Source of the DNA: Bispira polyomma
Taxonomy: Eukaryota
Direction: 5' to 3'
Length of the DNA stretch: 64,000 nucleotides
Assembly: GCA_965649765.1 (NCBI GenBank)
Contig: OZ287751.1
Location: forward strand, 82,088,001 to 82,152,000
In this document: piece by piece, positions 1-10,508 of the stretch
Layout of the letters: every line of letters begins with the position of its first letter
Numbering within the stretch: the stretch's first letter is position 1
Translations under genes and position numbers: made by a program
The notes under the pieces: model-generated
The model's database searches: none
Told to the model about the DNA's origin: nothing
What the model saw: the letters and a program-made list of their open reading frames with translations, nothing else

Positions 1-177
1 TAGCCAACATGAAGTAAGCAGTGTAACTTAAACACCCACTAATGACCACAGAGGTAAGGGGCGGCGGGGGGGGGGGGGGGGGGGGGGCTAGAGCTATTAA
101 AGCAGACACTTACAATAACTACGTCACCGCCACCCCAAAGATAGTTCTAGGATCATAATGAACACATGGATGCATAG

Positions 178-434
178 GTTAAATTTGAATTTGGATTTTT
201 AACGTCCACTCTAGTACCTTTTAGTAGGTTATATTGGGACGAGTAGTTGGAAACCCTGGATGAAACACTGCATACAGTCGGTTAAGGTTCTGCACTGAAA
301 CCAGCGGCCCACAGTAAGGAACTACCACCTTTCCCATATAGGCATCGACGGTATTCGAACTCATGCCGCCCAGAGGTGAGAGACCAGTGAATATAAAGCG
401 CAATACTTGCTAACCACTAGGCCACCGCGGCCCC
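178..434 (-). mobile_element. tRNA-derived SINE, full-length copy
   Basis: The reverse complement starts GGGGCCGCGGTGGCCTAGTGG (A box), has GTTCGAATACC (B box) and ends in a CAAATT-repeat tail. It closely matches 6178-6430. Flanking near-direct repeat acatgRatgcatag (164-177 / 436-449) is a likely TSD. Confidence 0.85.
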
Positions 435-500
435 AACATGAATGCATAGCAAATTAAAATAATTGCTGTGAAATAAATTGTCTGTAATCTTCTTATATTG

Positions 501-720
501 TGGGGTTGTGCTGGTCTAGTGGTTAGAAGCACCTCCTTCAGAATCACTGTCATCCTCTCACCAATGTGGGTTTGAATCATGTTTGTTCCTTCATGTGGCA
601 AAGTTTGTCAGGTACTTGCTGTAGGTTTTGTCAGGTACTTGCCGTAGGTGCTTCAGCACTGGGTTTTTTTCCACAAGTGAATCTGGTCATCGTGAGGTGT
701 TGAAATCCACCTATAACCCA
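501..720 (+). mobile_element. older, diverged tRNA-derived SINE
   Basis: Head GGGGTTGTGCTGGTCTAGTGGTTAG...GGGTTTGAATC resembles the 6178 family; the body is decayed. Confidence 0.55.
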
Positions 721-861
721 ATAGATACAACTTTCACAGTTTAAATTCTCGTTACATTGCTTTAAATTTTAACTTGTAATGAGGTGACTTTAACAGTTTA
801 AAGTATATTTATTTCCCCAATAAAGTCAGATAATAACACCAACAATGCCTCATTGCAAATG

Positions 862-1030
862 TTTATCTCTACCAAGGAGGTTGTGTTTTAACCTCTGTCT
901 GTTGGTTGGTTAGTTTATTTCTCACCAGGGTGACACAAAAACTAAGTATTGGGTGGATCTAGAAATGTGTTCACTTTTTGTCTCTGTGGTACCTTGGCGG
1001 TGGTATGTTCTATGCTGTGTCCTTAATGCA
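862..1030 (+). mobile_element. non-autonomous Helitron/Helentron-like element (related pieces at about 11500-11720 and 63470-63622)
   Basis: Sub-terminal inverted motif TCTACCAAGG ... CCTTGGCGG with a GTTG/GTTT microsatellite near the 5' end. The related copies end in CTAGT. Confidence 0.45.
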
Positions 1031-3921
1031 CTACATGGGTTTATGATGACAAATTAGATGAGTATATGGTTTTGGTTAACATTACATACATTGTTCAACA
1101 TAGTGGAAAAATGATAATTGTTCCTCACTCACTTTTTTTTTATTATATCTTGGTTGGAAACGGTTATTGAGTATTGGTGATCGTTAGAAGAAATTAATGT
1201 ATCATGATAATCAGTATACTTTTCTCATGGCATTTATTGGGCTTAGCATCAAAATAATTTTTTTCAAGTTTTTTGAGGAATTTAAAAATCACATGTTGCA
1301 AAGTTATGCAAGTCTGTCTTAAGTTTGGAGGAAGAGTTTATGTGCAGAAAAGCTAAACAGTTATCTAATCTGAGATAACCTAGACGACAATAAGACAAGT
1401 GACAAAACATAGATCAGCATTTTTTTAATTACAGTGAACCTAATATTGTCTACAGTCACAGTATTTCTGAGAACCCCCAAAAATAAAAGAACTTTTTTTA
1501 ACACCATTTTGCAAGGGGTGTAAAAGAATAATAAACAGAAAATCATAAACAGTGACTTCAGCTTACTGACACCTTGCTGATCTATGTTGGCAACTGTAGC
1601 ACTGATGAGTCACGGGTTATGGGAGCAAGCCCATCTGTCTTACTTCTGTAAGTACACAAGATAAGGTTCATTTTAGTAACATTGGAGGTCTACCAAATAA
1701 ACTTGTAAAAATATATTTATTTTTAGTTAAATGTCACAACCAGCAACTGTATATTATATCGTGACTGACAATTTATTGGCTGAGGAAAGCAGACCAATGG
1801 GGTAGTTAGTCACAGTTTTCTGCAGTGGGAACCACTAACCTTCAGCAAGTCTACTGCCAACTTTTCAACATACATGTGGGCTCCAACTTTTGTATAACAC
1901 TGAAGTGAATATAATAATCTGAGGTAAATTTTTCCAATAGCCTGTACAACTGTTCCAGGTCAAGCCTTATCATTCATTTACAGAACTGTTCCTTTAAAAC
2001 CTGTTGTATTATTATTCCAAGAGATAGTTGACAGAGAAGCACACTTTCTACAACTAGCTGAAGTACATCAAATACTGACTCACTACACTCTTAATGACCC
2101 AACCACTTCCTAGTTTACCTAATAATGAGTACCGTCTAATACAATATGATAAAAGTGAAATATATATAATTGTGGAAATTGAGTTTTTTTAAATTGCAAT
2201 TTATGTGATAATCTTTTTTAAACTGCACAGGTACATTTTAAAGTAGTATAGTAATACTCGCACAGTGTATGACATTTAATTGAAATTTATGTTATAATCT
2301 GTTTTAAACTGCACAGGTACATTTTGATGTAGAATGGTAATACTCGCACTGTGTATGACATTTATTGTAAGTGTATGTACATATATATATATGTAACTTG
2401 CCTCTGAAATCAGATGTCCGATTTATGACAAAAAAATTTTCTCCTCCATGTTTTTTGTGCATTTGTTCACATGCAAATTGCAACGCACGATTAGCAGCTT
2501 CCAAATCCGACATTTTCTGTCCAGGAGCGATTAAAAAGGGGGTGAGAATGTAAAATCGCACTGTTTAAGGTGATGATTCAGTAATTTTTTTATAATGAGG
2601 ATGGGAGGGACGGGGGGACAGAAAAATCGTACTTCGCAAATCGCAAGACTGATATCGGAGGCTGCATACATGTGTACATACAAAAAGGCCTTGATGGGGT
2701 GTTGGCTACCCTCACCTTCCCGAGTTGACATGGTTACAACGATGTACAAAAAGGCTAATTATATATATATTTTTTAGACATACTGTCTGAAGGAGGTGGA
2801 AAAAAAGTTGTTCAAGGACTTATTATTTGTTTTTGTATTTGTTTTATAATTTTTACTGTAACAAATAAAATAACATTGTCCACGTGTCCTGACGTCAATA
2901 TGTACATAAGTTTTTATAATAATTATACAACTTCCTGATGACTACAAACATCGAAGACATCAACACATATGTTCTTTCCCTGAACTCACATTTTCCAACC
3001 AAAAAAAAAAATCAACTTCCTCAAGAATGTCTTCAATTTAATCTGTAATAAATTTGCTTTGGAAAGAAGTCTGACTTAACTAGCTCAAATGTCCATGCAA
3101 AAAAAATCCCTAGTTGGGTTATACTATTTCAATCAATTTTTGTAGACGTTTTAATTCACCTATATCAATATCTTAAGACATCGTTTAGACTTAAGCCAGA
3201 AATAATATTCAAAAATCTTTCAGACTTAAGCTTTAATTTTATACTACATATGTAAAAGTTTCAGCCAGAAGAAATTTTCAATAATTTGGAATTTTGGGAA
3301 AGTTTACTGGAAGACATTTTTACTATTGACCAATGTTTAGTTAAATTATTTATTACAAGTTAAAATTTTCGCTGGGGAATTAATTTCCACTATTCAAAAT
3401 AAATAAGTAAAATTAGGTCAAATAAAATGCACAGTGAAAATTTCCTCTTGTACAGTATTTAAGGAAAATACAATGTCAAATTACTGTTATCTCTATCTTA
3501 TACTATCACTTAATTTCTGCAAAAGTCTTAAAACCTAAACTCCCAGTAACAATAATCTTTAAATCTGTCTTTTTCCCTTATATATTTGTGTACCATAAAG
3601 ATATTTAACAATATCTTACTACATATTCGAGTTTCCTGAATGTTTCCCCTTATATAATATATAGTAACATGTCAAGGTTAGTCCAATTTTTAAGTATGCC
3701 AAATAAATATATATGTGGGTATTTTAAGTTTAAGTATGAGCTGAAATATCAAACCTTTGGACAGATACCACTCCCATGCAGTAGCACAGTATAACACTGC
3801 ACCACCAAACCTGAGAAAAGCCATGTTGTTTCAGTCCATATCTGACTATTAAGTAGAGGTATACATTTAGTTTTGGCAGTTGCCAATGTCTCAGTAGGAA
3901 AACAGGACAAGCTACAACACC

Positions 3922-4215
3922 ATGAAGATGCTGCTACTACTTGTATTACCGTGTCTATTTATCCTCACCCTGGGGCAAGTCATCTACCCTCCCATCCCAA
4001 TGATGGACACGGATCCAGGTCTGGTGTACAATCCAGATGGCGATGTTTTTACCGGTGAGGTCCGACTAGAGGCATTCCTGGAGCTGAACTGTCCAGACTC
4101 GGTGGCAGCCTGGCCTGTACTGAAGGAAGTGAAGGACATATATAGGGAGAGGCTTGAATTGGTGGTACACCAGTTCCCTCTACCATACCACAGAAATGGC
4201 TTCCTTTGTACACAG
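3922..4215 (+). CDS. secreted thioredoxin/DsbA-fold protein (CPDS motif), exon 1 of 4
   Basis: Signal peptide MKMLLLLVLPCLFILTLG, then LEAFLELNCPDSVAAWP and HQFPLPYH motifs of the eukaryotic DsbA-like (Thioredoxin_4-type) family. Donor CAG|GTATGC, phase 0. Confidence 0.88.
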
Positions 4216-5985
4216 GTATGCTAAAGATAGTTTCTGTTTACTGTCTGTTCAATTAACTACCCATTTTGGTATAGGTTGGGTTTCTGTTTAATGTCTGTTC
4301 AATTAACTACCCATTTTGGTATAGTTTATGTTTCTGTTTATTGTCTGTTTAATTAACTACCCATTTTTGGTATAGTTTAGGTTTCTGTTTATTGTCTGTT
4401 TAATTAACTACCCATTTTGGTATAGTTTGGGTTTCTGTTTAATGTCTATTGAATTAACTACCCATTTTGGTATAGTTTAGGTTTCTGTTTATTGTCTGTT
4501 TAATTAACTATCCATTTTGGTATAGTTTAGGTTTTTGTTTAATGTCTGTTAATTTATTTACCCATTTTGGTATAGTTTGGGTTTCTGTTTAATGTCTCTT
4601 TTATTAACTACTCATTTTGGTATAGTTTAGGTTTCTGTTTATTGTCTGTTTAATTAACTACCCATTTTGGTATAGTTTGGGTTTCTGTTTAATGTCTATT
4701 GAATTAACTACCCATTTTGGTATAGTTTAGGTTTCTTTTTATTGTCTGTTTAATTAACTACCCATTTTGGTATAGTTTAGGTTTTTGTTTAATGTCTGTT
4801 AATTTATTTACCCATTTTGGTATAGTTTGGGTTTCTGTTTAATGTCTCTTTTATTAACTACTCATTTTGGTATGGTTTAGGTTTCTGTTTGTTGTCTGTT
4901 TAATTAACTATCCATTTTGGTATAGTTTGGGTTTCTGTTTAATGTCTATTCAATTAACTACCCATTTTGGTATAGTTTGGGGTTATGTTTAATGCCTGTT
5001 CAATTAACTACCCGTTTTGGTATAGTTTAGGGTTCTGTTTAATGTCTATTGAATTAACTACCCATTTTGGAATAGTTTAGGTTTCTGTTTATTGTCTGTT
5101 TAATTAACTACCCATTTTGGTATAGTTTAGGTTTTTGTTTAATGTTTGTTCAATTATTTACCCATTTTGGTATAGTTTGGGTTTCTGTTTAATGTCTCTT
5201 TTATTAACTACTCATTTTGGTATAGTTTAGGTTTCTGTTTATTGTCTGTTTAATTAACTATCCATTTTGGTATAGTTTGGGTTTCTGTTTAATGTCTGTT
5301 CAATTAACTACCCATTTTGATATAGTTTAGGTTTTTGTTTAATGTTTGTTAAATTATTTACCCATTTTGGTATAGTTTGGGTTTCTGTTTAATGTCTCTT
5401 TTATTAACTACTCATTTTGGTATACTTTAGGTTTCTGTTTATTGTCTGTTTAATTAACTAACCATTTTGGTATAGTTTGGGTTTCTGTTTAATGTCTGTT
5501 CAATTAACTACCCATTTTGGTATAGTTTGGGGTTCTGTTTAATGCCTGTTCAATTAACTACCCATTTTGGTATAGTTTAGGTTTCTGTTTATTGTCTGTT
5601 TAATTAACTACCCATTTTGGTGTTGTTTTGGTTTTTGTTGATTGTCTGTTTTATTAACTACCCATTTTGGTATGGTTTAGGTTTCTGTTTATTGTCTGTT
5701 TAATTACCTACCCATTTTGGTATAGTTTGGGTTTCTGTTTAATGCCTATTGAATTAACTACGCATTTTGGTATAGTTTAGGTTTCTTTTTATTGTCTGTT
5801 TTATTAACTACCCATTTTGGTATAGTTTGGGTTCCTGTGTAAAGTCTGTTTAATTAACTACCCATGTTGGTATAGTTTAGGTTTCTGTTTATTGTCTGTT
5901 TTATTAACTATCCATTTTGGTATAGTTTAGGGTTCTGTTTAATGTCTGTTTAATAAAGTATCCATTTTGGTATAGTTTGGGTATA
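4216..5985. repeat. 50-bp minisatellite, about 35 copies, in intron 1
   Basis: Unit approximately GTATAGTTTAGGTTTCTGTTTATTGTCTGTTTAATTAACTACCCATTTTG; the 50-nt period is directly visible. Confidence 0.97.
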
Positions 5986-6177
5986 GCATCATTTACCACC
6001 AGTTTTCTGTCATATCATGACAGGCAGTTCACTAGATCAGGAGATCAGAGTAGCTGGTCCTGGTATTCTGTACCACATATCCTTCACCAGGGCCAAGATT
6101 CGAACCCACGTCGGCAAAGAGAGGGAGCTGAGTGTGTTACCACCATACCACTGCTGCCCCTACCACTGCTAAATGGC

Positions 6178-6430
6178 GGGGCCGCGGTGGCCTAGTGGTT
6201 AGCAAGCATTGCGCTTCACAATCACTGGTCTCTCACCTCTGGGCGGCGTGAGTTTGAATCCCGTCGATGCCTATGTGGGAAAGGTGGTATTTCCTTACTG
6301 TTGGCCGCTGGTTTCTCTGCAGAACCTTGACCGACTGTATGCAGTGTTTCCTCCAGCGTTTTTAACTACCCGTCCCAATATAACCTACTAAAAGGTACTA
6401 GAGTGGACGTTAAATATCCAAATTCAAATT
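6178..6430 (+). mobile_element. tRNA-derived SINE with perfect 14-bp TSD
   Basis: A box TGGCCTAGTGG, B box GTTTGAATCCC, CAAATT tail. TSD CACTGCTAAATGGC at 6164-6177 and 6431-6444. It sits next to an older minus-strand SINE remnant (about 5990-6160). Confidence 0.9.
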
Positions 6431-6799
6431 CACTGCTAAATGGCAATACACAGCTTAAATTATCCATTAGTCTCAATTGACTGTAACATCATTAAAATTT
6501 GAGTTTAGTTGGATTTTACACTTAATGTAACTGATGATTAGATTTATTCTACTTTTTGCACCAGAAATCACTGACCTACATCTGTGAGTATCTGGCAATC
6601 ATTTTCAACATAAAGGAGGCAATGGGAATCAAACCCAATGTCCTGAAAGTTGAGAAGCTGGTGATGGTAAAGCACGGCATGATTAGATAGGGCTGTAAAG
6701 AGAGTATAGATGTTAGATAGACTAGGATGGATGAAGCATTTTGACATATTGATTATATGGAGAGTGAATGACTTACAGACAACTCATTATGTACAGCAA

Positions 6800-7396
6800 T
6801 GTATTGCAAAGGTATTACTCTAACTCTCCAGCCTTGGCCAGATGAAGTATTTTACCATATGAATGATGTTTTTTTTTGTTGGAACATAACGAGTATAACT
6901 GGCTATATTTATTTATTCCCAGGTGTATGGCCCTAATTTACCAGACAATACCTAACACATATTTGATTACATGAGTGCTATGCTAGACAGATAGAATCTA
7001 GGTTTCTATGTGTGAATGTACCATTTCCAGGGTATGGTCCTGATTCTCCAAGAGACACTAAATAGGATATTTGACTGTGGATGAGATGTATCAGGCATAT
7101 TATTTAAAGTTACTGATTGTATTTATGCATTATTTCCAGGGTATACCCTTGGTATTCCAAGAGAGACTACATGAGGTATTTGACAATATGGGCAATGTAT
7201 CAGACATCATGTATACGTTCAAGTTTTCTATGCCTATTAATGTATTCTTTTCAGGGTGTTTGACTATATGGAAGGGGTATTTGACATACATGTTATGGTT
7301 ATGCCTATTAATGTATTCTTTTCAGGGTGTTTGACTATATGGAAGAGGTATTTGACATACATGTTCTGGTTATGCCTATTAATGTATTCTTTCCAG
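6800..7396 (+). repeat. tandem degenerate copies of the intron1/exon2 junction (about 110-bp and 71-bp units)
   Basis: Repeated pyrimidine-CAG followed by GGTATGG.../GTTTGACTATATGG. AG at about 6810, 6921, 7029, 7138, 7253 and 7324 versus the true acceptor at 7395. Confidence 0.85.
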
Positions 7397-7521
7397 GGTA
7401 TGGCTCTGATTCTCCAGGAGAGACCAGATGAAGTGTTTGACTATATGGAGGGTGTACTTGATAGATATGTGAGGTTTTCCACAGGACTCACCAGAAGACA
7501 ATCTGAACTAGATGTCATCGA
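7397..7521 (+). CDS. thioredoxin/DsbA-fold protein, exon 2
   Basis: TTCCAG|GGT acceptor, phase 0. Encodes GMALILQERPDEVFDYMEGVLDRYVRFSTGLTRRQSELDVI. Donor GA|GTCAGT, phase 2. Confidence 0.8.
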
Positions 7522-7579
7522 GTCAGTTACTCAACCTATATTGAGATATTTGTTTTAATGTCGCTGTGTTAATGTTGTA

Positions 7580-9150
7580 TAACTATATATTTTCTGCTCC
7601 ACTAAATCATGCATGCACCTTTTACCTACATTCCTTGCATAAGAATGTGTAGATGTTCTTCTCCCTTCCATTACAAATTTGACCAATCTCTCATAAGTTG
7701 ACAGCTTCCCCTACTACTGTTGTCACTTCCCCTATAAAGAAGTCTCGGTTGCTAAAAAAATACCTTAAAAACTGTCGACCTGTTTCAGGATTGTTTTACA
7801 TCTCGCAGCTCTAGTTCATATAGAAAATGATATCCATATATTTCTGTCAAAGGGATTTAACATTGCACTGATACAACTGAACTTGTTGGATGCTTTTGAC
7901 ACAATTGATAAGGATATCGGTCTCGGTAATTCTATTTTGAAATGATTTGTCTCCTATAGGACTACCCGGTACCAGTCTATTAAACTTGACAATGTTCTGT
8001 GAGTTGCTTAAACTCGAAGTGCCCCAGGGATCTGGGTTGGGGTCAATCCTCTTTTCTATGTATACCACACCCCTCAGTGAAATTCTATCATCCTATAGTT
8101 CATTAAAGTATCATTTCTATGGTTATGACAAACAAATCTATGTGCATCCCACATGTAGCACTTCAGCTTCAGAAATTCTCGGTAGATGTTAAGAAATCAA
8201 TATCGAGATAAGAGTTCATCTTGTTCGGCTCCAGCATTAAACGTGTAGAACTTACTACCTGTTTTGCATTCAACATTCTTAGTACATTGCTATCTTCTGC
8301 TAAAAAAAGTGAGGAACCTAGGTGTTTTATTTGACTGTGATTTCTCCTTCTCTAGGAAGCTCATATTGAATCAGTATGTAGGTCTTGCTTTGTGGTGGGT
8401 CTTAGAGATCTGAGAAGAATCAGGAGGTATCTGAAACTTGCTGCTGATGCTTTAGTTAGTAGCAGACCTTATTACTGCAACTCACTGTTTAATAGTTTGA
8501 TAAAAAAGGGCTTTTAAGAAATTAAACTGCATTTAAAATGCATTAGCATGTCTGGCAGGAGTGGATGCCACAGCTTGCTTCGACTCCTCCACGGGTTTGC
8601 CTGGTATTGCAGTACCTCCAGGAATGGCCCACCCCAAGATTGGGGATTTTATTTTTTTAAATGTCTGGTTGGTTGTTCAACTAGGCGTTCAATAGTTTTA
8701 CCCATTCTAAAGTCTCTCGATTGGCTCCCTGTTAGACACTGGGTCCTTTTAAGAATGCTACCATTGTGTTTATGTTGTGTTTTTTTTTTTTTACTCTGGG
8801 CTTCCTACATACTTCGATCCATACTCAAAATACTAGAAATGCTGTGTAGATACCGGGACAGGAAATCCCCAAAATAAATTCCTTGAGGTCCCTTTTTATA
8901 AGGCTAGGAAATAATGACCAAAAGATTCACTTTGATAAAATTTCTGCATTTGATGGTTCTACCCTGTAATAATTTACCTCAATAATAACACAAATTTGTT
9001 TTATGAATTTGCATTCTCTCTCTCTAGCTGTCTGCTGGTTACCAGTTAATCCTCTGTTGTTGACTTCTTTCAGTTTTTCATCAATTATAATATTTGGACA
9101 CTGACTACCATTTAACCTAGAGCCTTAGAATTTTATTTGAAGAGCTTAAT
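7580..9150 (+). mobile_element. decayed L2/CR1-clade LINE ORF2 (RT) fragment in intron 2
   Basis: VPQGSGLGSILFSMYTTPL, YHFYGYDKQIY (decayed YADD), YCNSL and LDWLPV motifs, with many stops and frameshifts. Confidence 0.8.
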
Positions 9151-9367
9151 GGTCTGAAACTAATAGTAACGACTTAACGAGATCAAATATTACAATATAT
9201 AGAGTAGCTTCAAGTAGTTGTAACATGAGACATAACTGACAGGTTGTTGATTGTTTTACACACCTTTCTTTGATTTTTCTTTTGTTAAATGCACACTGCT
9301 AATTATCCTGGACTTAAATGCCTCAATATTTTTGTATACTGTTTACATACTTGTTTACACCTTACAG

Positions 9368-9480
9368 GAACCTGGCGGATGTGGCTGTCAATGTGACCAC
9401 CATAGATAGAGATTTCTTCGCAGACAACATCAATAACTACATCGGTGATGTAGTCAGGGTCTGGAAATATGGCTGTAGAC
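9368..9480 (+). CDS. thioredoxin/DsbA-fold protein, exon 3 (absent from ORF track)
   Basis: CTTACAG|G acceptor matches phase 2. Encodes NLADVAVNVTTIDRDFFADNINNYIGDVVRVWKYGCR. Donor C|GTAAGT, phase 1. Confidence 0.85.
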
Positions 9481-9534
9481 GTAAGTAGGGTATTGGGCTG
9501 GTGGTACATGTATATACTCCAGATATACTAAATA

Positions 9535-9682
9535 CAGTAGAACCTCTATTGTCTGAACATGTTAGCAGACCAAGATTGTTTTCTTTCAATGATAATAGAG
9601 GTATGTTATTTGGAAAAGGAAAAGTGTATTCATATAATTGAATTGTCAGATTATTTAAGTTCGGATAACGGAGGTTCTACTG
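9535..9682. mobile_element. Tc1/mariner(pogo)-type MITE
   Basis: TIRs CAGTAGAACCTCTATTGTCTGAAC / GTTCGGATAACGGAGGTTCTACTG, flanked by TA on both sides. Confidence 0.85.
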
Positions 9683-9929
9683 TACTAGGGTTCTCAATGT
9701 GTTAATGTGGTATTGCTAACTGGGCGGTTGTTGCTTGGTATTTCAATGTTCACACTGAGGTAAATTGTTTGCAGTGCTGGAAATCTTGACCAACAACTAC
9801 CCTGCACTGCTTTCCTCCACCAGTAAACTGAATGTCGTAAAAAGTACTCAATCGTTCATTGCAACGTTAAACTGCAACTAGATCTACATCCATATCAGAG
9901 CACATATTGTTTGTTTGTGTCTTATTATA

Positions 9930-10353
9930 AGTTAACAGTAGTTTTGTGTTCATTCGCCAGGTAGTATCACAGGGTTTTTCTATGCTGTTATAATAAAACA
10001 GTAGTTTTGGTGGTGTTACTGGTAACCCGCGGTTTATACTTTGTTGTAATTTAAAACTAGTTCTTTGCACATTTACCAGGTGGAACTCTACAATTACTGC
10101 TTTACTTTATTGTAATTTCATACATTTTTTTTCCACTCACTAGGTAGAGCTTCTTTTACTCTATGGTTTGTACATTATTGTAATTTAATGCTAGTTCTAT
10201 GTCCATTCGCCAGGTAGAGCTGCTGGTACTCTATGGTTTTTACATTATGGTTATTCAATACTAGTTTTCTGTCTATTCACCAGGTGGAGCTTCTGGTACT
10301 CTATGGATTGTACATTTATGTAATTTAATACTAGTTTTATGTCCAATCGCCAG
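9930..10353 (+). repeat. tandem degenerate copies of the intron3/exon4 junction (70-bp unit)
   Basis: CTAGTTYT.TGTCYAWTCRCCAG|GTRGAGCTKCTGGTACTCTATGG repeated. AG at 9959, 10078, 10142, 10212 and 10282 versus the true acceptor at 10352. Confidence 0.88.
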
Positions 10354-10508
10354 GCGGAGCTGCTGGAACCCCTTGGTTTGCAGTCAATAACATAGACCTG
10401 ACTGTTAACCCAAGTGAACGTCTGTCTGTAGAGGATTGGAGAGAGTTCTTAGACCCAATGTTTGAGGAATTAACAGCCAAATCACAGGAGACAGGAAGCC
10501 GGAGTTAA
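10354..10508 (+). CDS. thioredoxin/DsbA-fold protein, exon 4 (absent from ORF track)
   Basis: CGCCAG|GC, phase 1, gives RGAAGTPWFAVNN (cis-Pro GTP loop) ...SVEDWREFLDPMF...GSRS*. AATAAA about 50 nt downstream. Confidence 0.87.

Noticed and set aside
1600-1650. CTGATGAG as a hammerhead ribozyme core (also CTGATGA...GAAAC at about 54705-54740)
   Set aside because: No properly placed GAAA or closing stems at 1600, and only marginal pairing at 54705.
2185-2370. Two ~90-bp direct copies containing CAG|GTAC
   Set aside because: The duplication is real, but no adjoining exon could be built, so it is not claimed as another splice-junction array.
4216-5985. CRISPR-like array
   Set aside because: Contiguous 50-bp units with no unique spacers, eukaryotic intronic context and no cas genes.
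6178-6270. tRNA gene
   Set aside because: A and B boxes belong to a SINE head; no full cloverleaf, and the sequence continues into SINE body and tail.
221-6391. Two similar 60-aa ORFs (221-403 minus, 6209-6391 plus) as a duplicated small gene
   Set aside because: Both lie inside SINE copies with Pol III boxes and TSDs, and they start at non-ATG codons.
7071-7396. ORFs 7071-7334 and the 5' part of 7256-7558 as genes
   Set aside because: They are read-through of the duplicated junction units; only 7397-7521 fits the gene model.
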